Shown here in pieces: positions 16,286 through 24,175 of a stretch of 32,000 bases of DNA. The position numbers and the translations under genes were made by a program. Origin of the DNA: Candidatus Saccharimonadota bacterium. GTDB lineage: Bacteria > Patescibacteriota > Saccharimonadia > Saccharimonadales > Saccharimonadaceae. Below the pieces are notes generated by a model that did no database searches, had not been told where the DNA came from, and saw nothing but the letters and a program-made list of their open reading frames with translations. The stretch covers positions 630,001-662,000 of the forward strand of contig JAIUPJ010000001.1 of assembly GCA_020160975.1 (NCBI GenBank), in the 5' to 3' direction. Each line of letters starts with the position of its first letter. Within the stretch, counting starts at the first letter, position 1.

Positions 16286-17968
16286 TTAGCCTTTGAGCGC
16301 CTGGCGACCAATCGTAATAAGGTGTTTGTCGCGGTAACTGGCGAGCGCATTGTGGTCGAGGCCGTGTCGTTTGATAAAACTGCTGACACGCTCGGATCCG
16401 ATATAATGCGGAAGACTAACATAGCTCGCCCCTTGCTGATACAGCTCGGAGGCCTCCTGGTAGTTGTTGGCGTGACAGACAAAGCTGATTTTTTTGTTGT
16501 GGCGCCGCAGAAAACTTAGCAGCGCGAGATTCGTTGGGTTATCTGTCATCGTACTGACAACAAGTTTTGCTTCCTGAGCACCAATTTCTTCAAGAAATTC
16601 TTCGTCAGAAGCATCTCCATAGGCATGGTGAATGCCTTGGGTTTCGAGCGATTCAATGATCTCCGGATCGTAGTCAACAACAAGATAGCGCATCTTCATC
16701 TCGCGGAATGCTCGAAGATACTCATAGCCACCTTTGTGGTAGCCAACAAGAATCGCCGGGTAGAGTGTACGTTTTTGTTTCGGCTCTGCGGTGTTGGTGC
16801 GCTCAAAATGTCGCAGATGGTGCCCAATGAGACGGTAAAGTTTATCATCGTACTTCATGAGATAGGTAGAGATGCCAATTGTGATGAGCGCAACCAGTGT
16901 GATGATAGGCACGGCAGTTTTTTCAGCAACACCGACTGAGGCGGCAAACATCACCAGGATGATCGAAAATTCACTAATTTGACTGAGGTGGATCGCTGCC
17001 TTAAAGCTCGTGAGTTTTGTGTATCTTTGCATGCCGAGGCTGAGCATCACAAATAGAGGCTTGCCGATCATTACAATTGCAGAGAGGGCAAGTGCAGGGA
17101 TAATACTTTCTTTGATGGCGCCGAAAGTAAATGTTTCGCCGAGTGTGACAAAAAAGATCACGATAAAGAAGTCGCGGAGTGGTTTGAGCTTAGAAGCCAT
17201 CTCGGTTGCATAGGGCAATCCCGCTAGCGACACACCGGCAAATAGCGCACCAATTTCATGGGAGAAGCCGGCAAACTGGAAGAGTGCTGCAATACTGAGC
17301 CCCCACGCGATGGTAAAGGTAAAGAGTAATTCCTGGGATTCTGCGAGTTTTTTGCCTACCCGCGGGATTAATTTGGCGCCAACAACGTATAGGAACAGTG
17401 TCAATCCAATAGCTTTCAGCGCTAGCATACCGAGCGCAGTTGCCTCAAAGGCATGTGCTCCTACCATCGCCACGACGACGAGCGCAATCGTTGCTACAAC
17501 ATCATCGAGCAAGATCACGCCAATGGCAATTTGACCATAGAGTCGAGAGAGCTCTTTGTTGTCTGACAGTACTTTTAAGATGATGATTGTACTGCTGAAG
17601 AACATCGCAATACCAAGGATGATCGCTGTGCTGTTATCGAAGCCTAGCGCCAGTGCCGTCAGGTGACCGGCAAATCCTACCATGACGAGGATCATGCTCG
17701 CGGTTATCAGCGAGACTCGTCCCAGACTCCGAATCACGGCCGCATTCATACCGAGACCGATGATAAAGAGCAGGAGGGTGATGCCAATTTCACTAAATGA
17801 CTGAAACGCCTCTTTGGCATGGACAAGGTTGAGAAAGCTGGGCCCCACGAGGATGCCCGCAACGATATAACTCATGATGAGCGGTTGCTTGAGGATGCGC
17901 ATTATAATCGCCAAAACAGCGGTAACCGCGAGTACGAGTGCAACTTGACTAAAAATAGAATTTTCCAC
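16286..17968 (-). CDS. cation:proton antiporter (CPA2/Kef-type) with C-terminal RCK/TrkA-N-like domain
   Basis: 560 aa. The polytopic Na_H-exchanger-like region starts IVAGILVGPSFLNL. The ~150-aa soluble tail (ILVGYHKGGYEYL...LVVST) is RCK-like. GTG start lies 8 nt after TACAAT. Confidence 0.85.
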   Translation of the reverse strand: MENSIFSQVALVLAVTAVLAIIMRILKQPLIMSYIVAGILVGPSFLNLVHAKEAFQSFSEIGITLLLFIIGLGMNAAVIRSLGRVSLITASMILVMVGFAGHLTALALGFDNSTAIILGIAMFFSSTIIILKVLSDNKELSRLYGQIAIGVILLDDVVATIALVVVAMVGAHAFEATALGMLALKAIGLTLFLYVVGAKLIPRVGKKLAESQELLFTFTIAWGLSIAALFQFAGFSHEIGALFAGVSLAGLPYATEMASKLKPLRDFFIVIFFVTLGETFTFGAIKESIIPALALSAIVMIGKPLFVMLSLGMQRYTKLTSFKAAIHLSQISEFSIILVMFAASVGVAEKTAVPIITLVALITIGISTYLMKYDDKLYRLIGHHLRHFERTNTAEPKQKRTLYPAILVGYHKGGYEYLRAFREMKMRYLVVDYDPEIIESLETQGIHHAYGDASDEEFLEEIGAQEAKLVVSTMTDNPTNLALLSFLRRHNKKISFVCHANNYQEASELYQQGASYVSLPHYIGSERVSSFIKRHGLDHNALASYRDKHLITIGRQALKG

Positions 17969-18010
17969 TTATGCTTATTGTAGCAAATTACCCCTGATAT
18001 AATAAGTTCT

Positions 18011-18709
18011 ATGACAGAACTTATGAACCCAAAAGATTTCATAATTAGTCGTAAGCGCAAAAAATATAAATTTGCGCTGTTCCACAACTCGCCGCTCTGT
18101 TTTGAGTTTGCCCAGTGGGATAAGAGTTTCATGCCAGAGGTAATCGAAATTGGGGCGGGGAATGGTAAATTTGCCGTCGAGCTAGCCACTCGCCATCCAG
18201 AGCAGCGGTTTGTCGCACTTGATGTAAAGGGCGATCGCCTCCAGCAAGGTGCGCGTCTGGCTGAACAGCGGGGGCTAGGAAATATCCGTTTTCTCCGTGC
18301 TCGTGCTGATCAGATCGACGAACTCTTCGCACCAAAATCACTGACAAGTATTTGGGTGACGTTTCCCGATCCGTTTCCAAAAAAGCGCAGCGCAGGCCGC
18401 CGTCTCACACATCCAACCTTCCTCAAAAAATATGCTGACTTGCTCAAGGGTGCAACCCTTAACAGATCAAGTAACTCAAAAAGTGAATTGTGGCAGGCTG
18501 GTAAATTATTTTTAAAGCATGACAATCGCGACTTTTTCTGTTGGAGTTTGGAACAGCTTGTATCCGAGAAATGGAAGGTCACCGAGCTAAGCTTTGACCT
18601 GCACGAATCCACTCTGCATGACGACTACATGATACAAACAACCTACGAACAGAAATGGCTCGACGCAGGGCTGTTGACTAACTTTGTTGCGGCCCGCCCA
18701 CCAACCTAG
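18011..18709 (+). CDS. trmB: tRNA (guanine-N7)-methyltransferase
   Basis: SAM motif IEIGAGNGKFAVELA and the TrmB signature FPDPFPKKR. TATAAT lies 7 nt upstream of the ATG. Confidence 0.85.
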   Translation: MTELMNPKDFIISRKRKKYKFALFHNSPLCFEFAQWDKSFMPEVIEIGAGNGKFAVELATRHPEQRFVALDVKGDRLQQGARLAEQRGLGNIRFLRARADQIDELFAPKSLTSIWVTFPDPFPKKRSAGRRLTHPTFLKKYADLLKGATLNRSSNSKSELWQAGKLFLKHDNRDFFCWSLEQLVSEKWKVTELSFDLHESTLHDDYMIQTTYEQKWLDAGLLTNFVAARPPT

Positions 18710-19838
18710 ATTGAGCACGGTAGGCAGGCTCGGCTTCGCGCAGCATGTACCTGAGGCTCTTCACCGGGTCAGCGAATTCTGGACGTTCGCGCATGTCGCG
18801 CAGAAGCCGTCGACCGATGCAAGTAGCAAGCGGTGTCGTCGTTTCATAGCAAAGCTCGTCTTGCTTCGTAATATCTGGAGATAGGGCATATATACCTTCG
18901 ATAATAACTACATCTGAAGGTGTGATAACGCCATCGAAAATAGGCTCAACGGAACCCCAGTCGATCGATCTGCGATAAATAGATTTGCCATTATAGAGAT
19001 GAGCGAGATCCTCGGCCATAGCAACTGTGTCGTAGACAATTGGCTCATCCCAGTGCTCCCAGGGCTGACCGTTATTGATTTTCATCAGGCTACTTGTGCC
19101 GCGGTGGTAGTCGTCTGTCGACATAACCGTTGATGAGAGGGTAAGTTGATCAAGCTGCTTGCTCACCTCTTGTACAATCGTTGATTTGCCAGACCCTGAT
19201 CGTCCACCGATATGTACGACTATCGGCAACATTGTCTTTCGTGCTGCAAGGATGTCTTGGACGATTGCGCTTGGGTCTAGTTCCGGTGCCGGCTTTAGTG
19301 CTTCGACACCATTGTTTGCGCGGCGAAAAGACAAATGAGCCCGCCACTCATTGCTGCTCAGACGGTCACCAGTAATATCGACGAAGTAGTCACCATATAA
19401 GTCAATAAATCTTTGCCAATGCTCAGGATGCTCTGATTCGACTTGTGCAGACCCGTCATCATAAAAATCAATCGTGATACCAGGTAATGGTTCGGCACGG
19501 AGCTTGCGCAGTAGCGGCAAGCTATCCCGCTTGAAATAGCCATAGAGTGCGCTGTCGATTTGAGTCGTGATTTCCATGCGGTCGATGCCGCCAGGTGTCA
19601 GAGACCCGCTGTCTTTTAGGGTTGCCTCATAGCAAAGAGTGCCGTCCGCACAAAGAGATTCCCTTAGGCGCAGACTAAAGGGTTCGTTGGGGTGGCTCAG
19701 GTAATACTGCTCCACCGGTGTAGCGCTAGCGCGATAGATATCGAGATGTTCTGGGAAGATTGGCAAGAATTTCTTTTCTATTTCACGATAAGATTTTTGC
19801 TCAAATTCATAATTTAATTTGCGTAATTCGACTGTCAT
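18678..19838 (-). CDS. two-domain protein: N-terminal CYTH-like domain fused to a uridine-kinase/PRK-family P-loop kinase
   Basis: The N-terminus EIEKKFL...YYL..FSLRLRE fits the CYTH pattern. The C-terminal half has the Walker A GGRSGSGKST, then STDDYH and VIIEGIY as in Udk/PRK kinases. Its 3' end overlaps trmB convergently by 32 nt. Confidence 0.65.
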   Translation of the reverse strand: MTVELRKLNYEFEQKSYREIEKKFLPIFPEHLDIYRASATPVEQYYLSHPNEPFSLRLRESLCADGTLCYEATLKDSGSLTPGGIDRMEITTQIDSALYGYFKRDSLPLLRKLRAEPLPGITIDFYDDGSAQVESEHPEHWQRFIDLYGDYFVDITGDRLSSNEWRAHLSFRRANNGVEALKPAPELDPSAIVQDILAARKTMLPIVVHIGGRSGSGKSTIVQEVSKQLDQLTLSSTVMSTDDYHRGTSSLMKINNGQPWEHWDEPIVYDTVAMAEDLAHLYNGKSIYRRSIDWGSVEPIFDGVITPSDVVIIEGIYALSPDITKQDELCYETTTPLATCIGRRLLRDMRERPEFADPVKSLRYMLREAEPAYRAQSRLVGGPQQS

Positions 19839-19928
19839 ACATTTATATCCTTTTGCAATATTACAGATGATATTTTGACTATATCGTGATATTCTGTAAC
19901 TAACTAGAAAGATAATTTTGAGTCAAAT

Positions 19929-20684
19929 ATGTTTGAGCAAGCTACAATTCAACATCATATTCAGCGCAGTATCGTCAGTGTACTCACCAAGCAAGAGTTT
20001 GCGCGATTTCGCGATCTTAAGCCAACGAATGTTGACACGAACTTGTTCAGCTACCACCTCAAGCTGCTTCAAAAAGCAGGCTTTATCGCAAAGACTGAGC
20101 AGGGGTACACACTTGCCGAGAAGGGCTTGCAGTACGTTGATAGAGCAAATACGACCGAAATGAAACTTCGCAGCCAGCCAAAAATCATCACTATGCTGCT
20201 TATCCAGGATGGCTATGGCAAAGTACTGCTTCAAAAGCGTGCGAAGCAGCCGTATATCAACACTTGGACGTTACCGTACGGCAAGATGCATATCGATGAC
20301 GAGTCGGTGCTCGCTGCAGCGAGGCGTGAATCACAGGAGAAGCTAGAGTTTGACCCCCACAAGCTTCGCCATGCGGGTGACTGTTACATTGTGGTGGGGT
20401 ATCATGAGCGAGTAGAGGTGAAAGACGAGGCGGCCGGAACATTTGAGGACGGAGATACGCTCCATCTGACTACCAAGCAAGCGTGGTGCGTCGAGTCACG
20501 CACCTTGGCACATATTGTGCGCTTTGAGACCGACGCCATCGCAGCAACTGACGATCTGATATGGGTGAATCCACTTGATTTGCCAACACTAAAACTTGCG
20601 CCAGCTGTAGAAGCCATCGTGACGCGTAGTTTCTTTGGCGACGTTTTCTTTTTTGAAGAGTTTTTAATCGATAGTCGTCGGTAG
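19929..20684 (+). CDS. winged-helix DNA-binding domain fused to a degenerate Nudix domain (putative ligand-sensing regulator)
   Basis: The N-terminal ~75 aa resembles an ArsR/MarR-like wHTH (LFSYHLKLLQKAGFIAKTEQGYTL). It is followed by GKMHIDDESVLAAARRESQEKLEF, a Nudix box with several catalytic positions substituted. Confidence 0.6.
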   Translation: MFEQATIQHHIQRSIVSVLTKQEFARFRDLKPTNVDTNLFSYHLKLLQKAGFIAKTEQGYTLAEKGLQYVDRANTTEMKLRSQPKIITMLLIQDGYGKVLLQKRAKQPYINTWTLPYGKMHIDDESVLAAARRESQEKLEFDPHKLRHAGDCYIVVGYHERVEVKDEAAGTFEDGDTLHLTTKQAWCVESRTLAHIVRFETDAIAATDDLIWVNPLDLPTLKLAPAVEAIVTRSFFGDVFFFEEFLIDSRR

Positions 20685-20777
20685 CCAAAACACACGGGTA
20701 TTTTCATGTACTTTGGGAACCGCCGAGAGCAGACCGCATCATGCGACACGGTCCACTCTCGGAGTGATGGCTCTCTG

Positions 20778-21227
20778 TCAGTCCTTGGTGCCGCCACCGG
20801 TTGAGCCGCCTCCGCTGATGCCACGACCCAGCACTGCGAAGCCTGGCCGGGCGTCAAGGAGGATTCCTGCAGACCATGCTTTGTGGGCGTAGGTCAGGTC
20901 GACTCCCACTGTCGGGAACGACTGCTTCTCAAGGTAGAACTCATGGTTGTTGAGCGTCTTGATGACGGCATTGCGGATCTGCTCCGCGTGAGCCTCGCTG
21001 TGGTGGATGCGCTCCGGAAAATCATGGAGGATCATCGAGATGATGACGTTGTGCGTCGTCGTGCTCGGGGGGAGCACGCGCTCGAACTTGAACCTGAAGT
21101 CGGAGCCACTGAGTGGCCACCCATTGGTCCTGAAGAGCTTGGCGCACAGGTCGCTGAGCTTTTCTCGCAGGTCCTCGAGTGTCCTGAAGTCGATGTCGAT
21201 GTCGTGCTCGACGATGATCTGGGGCAT
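20778..21227 (-). CDS. hypothetical protein, GC-rich orphan (Met-Pro N-terminus, weakly tautomerase/CHMI-like)
   Basis: Start trimmed to ATG 21227 (MPQIIVEHD), which has an AAGGAG SD. Hand count gives 73/120 G+C at 20821-20940. Gly-rich C-terminal tail. The tautomerase-like call rests only on the MPxIIVE N-terminus and the size. Confidence 0.55.
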   Translation of the reverse strand: MPQIIVEHDIDIDFRTLEDLREKLSDLCAKLFRTNGWPLSGSDFRFKFERVLPPSTTTHNVIISMILHDFPERIHHSEAHAEQIRNAVIKTLNNHEFYLEKQSFPTVGVDLTYAHKAWSAGILLDARPGFAVLGRGISGGGSTGGGTKD

Positions 21228-21248
21228 GACTTCTCCTTGTGGTTGGGG

Positions 21249-21304
21249 ATTTGTTTGGGCGAAAGATACACAAACTATTTCATGCAGTCTTCGCCCAAAC
21301 AAAT
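21249..21304. repeat. perfect 15-bp inverted repeat upstream of the GC-rich orphan gene
   Basis: ATTTGTTTGGGCGAA (21249-21263) and TTCGCCCAAACAAAT (21290-21304) are separated by a 26-nt spacer. The element starts 22 nt upstream of ATG 21227. Confidence 0.7.
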
Positions 21305-21353
21305 TGGCCCTTCAGCAAATTGACCCTTAGGCAAATTGACAGAGAGCAATTTG
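21300..21353. repeat. iteron-like tandem repeats, 16-bp period
   Basis: CAAATTGGCCCTT (21300-21312), CAAATTGACCCTT (21316-21328) and CAAATTGAC (21332-21340), then the inverted copy GCAATTTG (21346-21353). Confidence 0.6.
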
Positions 21354-21405
21354 TAAATGAACCTCGGAGTAGTACTCTCTACGAAGTGATAAGTATTATA
21401 TCAAG

Positions 21406-22665
21406 TTACAAGTCTTTTGTCAATCGATCGCGCAGCCATGCATCGATACTTCCAGCACCCATACAGAGCACGAGCTTGCCTTGCTGGCGTGCGTAGGTGA
21501 TGCGATTCCACAATTCGTCATCCATTTGGCTATAGACGACCGAATTACGGTTGGTCAGGCGAGCGGTCAGTTCTTGTGGCTCGAGGATCGGCAGGTTTAA
21601 ATCTTCACGTGATTGATAGGTGGGCAGCCAATAGATTTCCTCAGCTAACTCCATGCAGCTGGTGTAGCCACTCCGCACTTGGTGCTGGCGCGTGTTTTGG
21701 TGCGGCTGGTAGACGAGCGCCACATGGTCGCTTAGTTCACGTGCCATCTGAAGTGTTGCGGAAATCTCGACAGGATGATGGCCGTAGTCACTGATAAGAC
21801 CTTCGGCCAGCTTTTCGAACCGACGGTCGGTACCCGGGAAGCTCTCGACTGCTGCTTTTATGGCCGCGGCATCTCCAATACCCAGGTATTCGCAGGCTTT
21901 GGTGACGAGGGTGGCATTTTGGCGATTATGCGCGCCGGCAACAGCAAAGTCCATCACTTCGTTGTCGTGCAGGCGCCAGGTGCTTGGTTGTGTATCGACA
22001 TTGATCACAGTGTCGCGATCCCACATGATGACTTGGCTAGACTGAGCGATAAATTGACTGAACGCGGCGGCGTAATCAGCTTGCGTTGGATAGGTATCTG
22101 GATGGTCAAAATCGATAGAGGTGATCAACGACAGAGCAGGGGAAAAATGCAAGAAATTTCGATCAAATTCGTCGCACTCATAGACAAAATACTGGCTGGT
22201 TGGCTCGAACTTGCCGCTGGGGCCAAAGCTCACCCCTGAGCCAATCGAATAACTTACGAGGATACCAAGCTGCTGCAGGACCCAGACCATCATGGCAGTC
22301 GTGGTGGTCTTGCCATGGGTTCCTGCAACGGCGATCAGTTTGACGCCTTTTTCGGTGATGAGATGGTTGATCAATTCATCACGCTTGCCTGTATGGATAC
22401 CGAGCGAAGCAGCAAGAGCCAGCTCGGGATGATTGGGGTCAAGAGCCGATGTATACACGAACCGATCAATCGGCTGTTCTTGATGTGCGGCACGGAGGGC
22501 GGCGCCCGTTTGGTCGAAGTTCACAGAAATGCCGCGCTGCTGCAACTCTGCGGTCGTCAGACTTTGCCTAGCATCACTGCCCAGCACCTCGTAACCAGCG
22601 TCACGGGCGAGTTCAGCCAGCGGGCCCAGCCCAACGCCACCGATGCCAGAAAAATAAATCCGCAT
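21406..22665 (-). CDS. murC: Mur ligase, MurC-like (UDP-N-acetylmuramate--L-alanine ligase)
   Basis: N-terminal Rossmann MRIYFSGIGGVGLGPLAELARDAGYEVLGSD and the ATP site AVAGTHGKTTTTAMM. Start trimmed to ATG 22665, 6 nt after TACAAT. At 419 aa it is short for MurC, so an Mpl-like alternative is not excluded. Confidence 0.75.
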   Translation of the reverse strand: MRIYFSGIGGVGLGPLAELARDAGYEVLGSDARQSLTTAELQQRGISVNFDQTGAALRAAHQEQPIDRFVYTSALDPNHPELALAASLGIHTGKRDELINHLITEKGVKLIAVAGTHGKTTTTAMMVWVLQQLGILVSYSIGSGVSFGPSGKFEPTSQYFVYECDEFDRNFLHFSPALSLITSIDFDHPDTYPTQADYAAAFSQFIAQSSQVIMWDRDTVINVDTQPSTWRLHDNEVMDFAVAGAHNRQNATLVTKACEYLGIGDAAAIKAAVESFPGTDRRFEKLAEGLISDYGHHPVEISATLQMARELSDHVALVYQPHQNTRQHQVRSGYTSCMELAEEIYWLPTYQSREDLNLPILEPQELTARLTNRNSVVYSQMDDELWNRITYARQQGKLVLCMGAGSIDAWLRDRLTKDL

Positions 22666-22843
22666 GTGCTTATTGTACCACGCGAGGCACGTACTCATAA
22701 CAGATGAAAATTAGTAAAAACAGACAGGTCTCATGTTCATCTATGTGTCTGGACCATAGCCATTAACACTAGACATCTGCGCTGCTGTCGCGCCGCGTGG
22801 CGAAGTACTGTATACTGATATTCATTAATGATGGTGGGAAAAA

Positions 22844-23470
22844 GTGTCTGACAGACGGCAAGTTCGGCGCAGTATACAGCAACTGCAAAAAGTTAAGACC
22901 TGGCAACTGGTGTTGCTGTTAATCTTGATGTCATTTGTGGCAGCGACATTCCTCCGCATGAACAATACTGGTATGGTACAACGTCGCAACGCCGTGGCAG
23001 CAGCTGACAAAGTGGGCAACGTTCCAGATACAACTGCGCGGATTTATGATTTGCAACGCTGGTCAGCGGCGCATATGAATGCTGATTCCGGGACGTTTTA
23101 CCTGCAGGAGCAGTACAATCGTGACGCCCAGCGGGCACTGAGCCAGTCTTCGGATCTTTCGGCGGCGAGCGCTCAGGCAAACGCTGACGCCGAGGCGGTG
23201 TGTCACCCACAGTTTAATGGCTGGTCAACGGCGTACATGCAGTGCTTTCTGGCCGAGCTCGCCAAACATCCGAGCAGCGAAAAACTACCTGAGCCGAAGC
23301 TTCCTAGCCCAGCTCTGTATCGCTATAGCTTTGTTTCGCCCCTTTGGTCACCTGATTTTGCGGGGTGGTCTATCATTGGTTGCCTGGTGATTATATTGAT
23401 GATTATTGGCCGCATAATCAGCCTCTTTGTACTGCGACTGATGCTCCGACGACACTATCAGTCAGTATAG
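22844..23470 (+). CDS. hypothetical membrane protein (N- and C-terminal TM segments)
   Basis: 208 aa with a GTG start and in-frame stops immediately upstream. Basic N-terminus, then a TM segment, and a second TM segment near the C-terminus. Confidence 0.5.
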   Translation: MSDRRQVRRSIQQLQKVKTWQLVLLLILMSFVAATFLRMNNTGMVQRRNAVAAADKVGNVPDTTARIYDLQRWSAAHMNADSGTFYLQEQYNRDAQRALSQSSDLSAASAQANADAEAVCHPQFNGWSTAYMQCFLAELAKHPSSEKLPEPKLPSPALYRYSFVSPLWSPDFAGWSIIGCLVIILMIIGRIISLFVLRLMLRRHYQSV

Positions 23471-23507
23471 AGATGTTCACAAAAGTAAACATAAGGGGTG
23501 AAAAGTG

Positions 23508-23537
23508 TTGACAGCGGGTATCTGTCCGCGCTAAGCT
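23508..23537 (+). promoter_or_regulatory. candidate promoter of the 68-aa gene
   Basis: TTGACA (23508-23513), then 17-18 nt, then CTAAGCT (23531-23537). Confidence 0.45.
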
Positions 23538-23572
23538 ATCTCTGTAAGACGCTAATAGGAGGTATAACCAAT

Positions 23573-23779
23573 ATGGCTTACAAGCACACGAACTCAAAAG
23601 GTGTAACATACTACCTGCACAAGACCGAAGTGACACTTCGCGGCGGTAAACCACAAACCATCTACTTCTTCGCGAAAGTAGAGAAAAACGCTAAGGGTCA
23701 GCCAGTTGACTTGCCAGCAGATCGCGTAGTCAAGGAAAACCCACGAAACGGCTTCTTGACTGTTTCAAAGAAAAAGTAG
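23573..23779 (+). CDS. hypothetical small basic protein
   Basis: 68 aa (MAYKHTNSKGVTYYLHKTEVTLRGGKPQTIYFF...). AGGAGG SD at 23557-23562. Strong terminator directly downstream. The track start at 23498 overlaps the promoter and was rejected. Confidence 0.65.
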   Translation: MAYKHTNSKGVTYYLHKTEVTLRGGKPQTIYFFAKVEKNAKGQPVDLPADRVVKENPRNGFLTVSKKK

Positions 23780-23796
23780 AGTACGGATATGTATCA

Positions 23797-23830
23797 GAAA
23801 TCCCCTGCCTATAGGCAGGGGATTTCTTTT
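23797..23830 (+). terminator. intrinsic terminator
   Basis: 13-bp perfect stem GAAATCCCCTGCC / GGCAGGGGATTTC with loop TATA, followed by TTTT. Confidence 0.8.
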
Positions 23831-24175
23831 AGGGGCTATTTTGAATTTTCTTCTGGGGCTACTCTCTCGACGCATCGCATTATATGCCTCAGTCCGGTTC
23901 TCGAAGAGAAAATCCAAACTAGCCACCCAATACATACCCGTAGAGCTTCCTGTTACTACGAGAAAATTCACATAGTCTCGCAAGACAGCATCCGTAGAGA
24001 GGCGGTGCGTGTGGAAAACTTTATTATGCTAAGTGCTTGCGCTTATTGTCAAAAACATAGTAAGCTAAGAGCACAAACAAACAGGTGCCAAACGAGTCCC
24101 GCTAGGGCTATCCGGTGTCGGACGCCCTACGGGGCTTTTTTGATTTATTGCGCAGAAACGGAGTAAACTGGGGTA

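Noticed and set aside
20883-21330. Multiple overlapping ORFs on both strands inside the GC-rich orphan gene (20883..21323 +, 21007..21330 +, 21022..21273 -, 21032..21271 -). The same applies at 27905..28216 + and 28026..28229 -.
   Set aside because: High GC suppresses stop codons in all frames. Only the frames with an SD-positioned start (ATG 21227 and GTG 28138) are supported.
22828-22851. 7-codon upstream ORF (ATGATGGTGGGAAAAAGTGTCTGA) overlapping the GTG start of the 208-aa membrane protein.
   Set aside because: It has no SD of its own and is very short. The ATGs may simply lie in the short leader transcribed from TATACT (22811-22816). It is noted only as a caveat on the start of the 22844 gene.
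23831-23930. tmRNA-like 5' end (GGGGCTATTTTGAATTT resembles the GGGGCUGAUUCUGGAUUCGAC start of ssrA).
   Set aside because: There is no downstream T-arm, no matching 3' acceptor strand ending in ACCA, and no plausible tag reading frame ending in ...AA-stop. The similarity is confined to about 15 nt.
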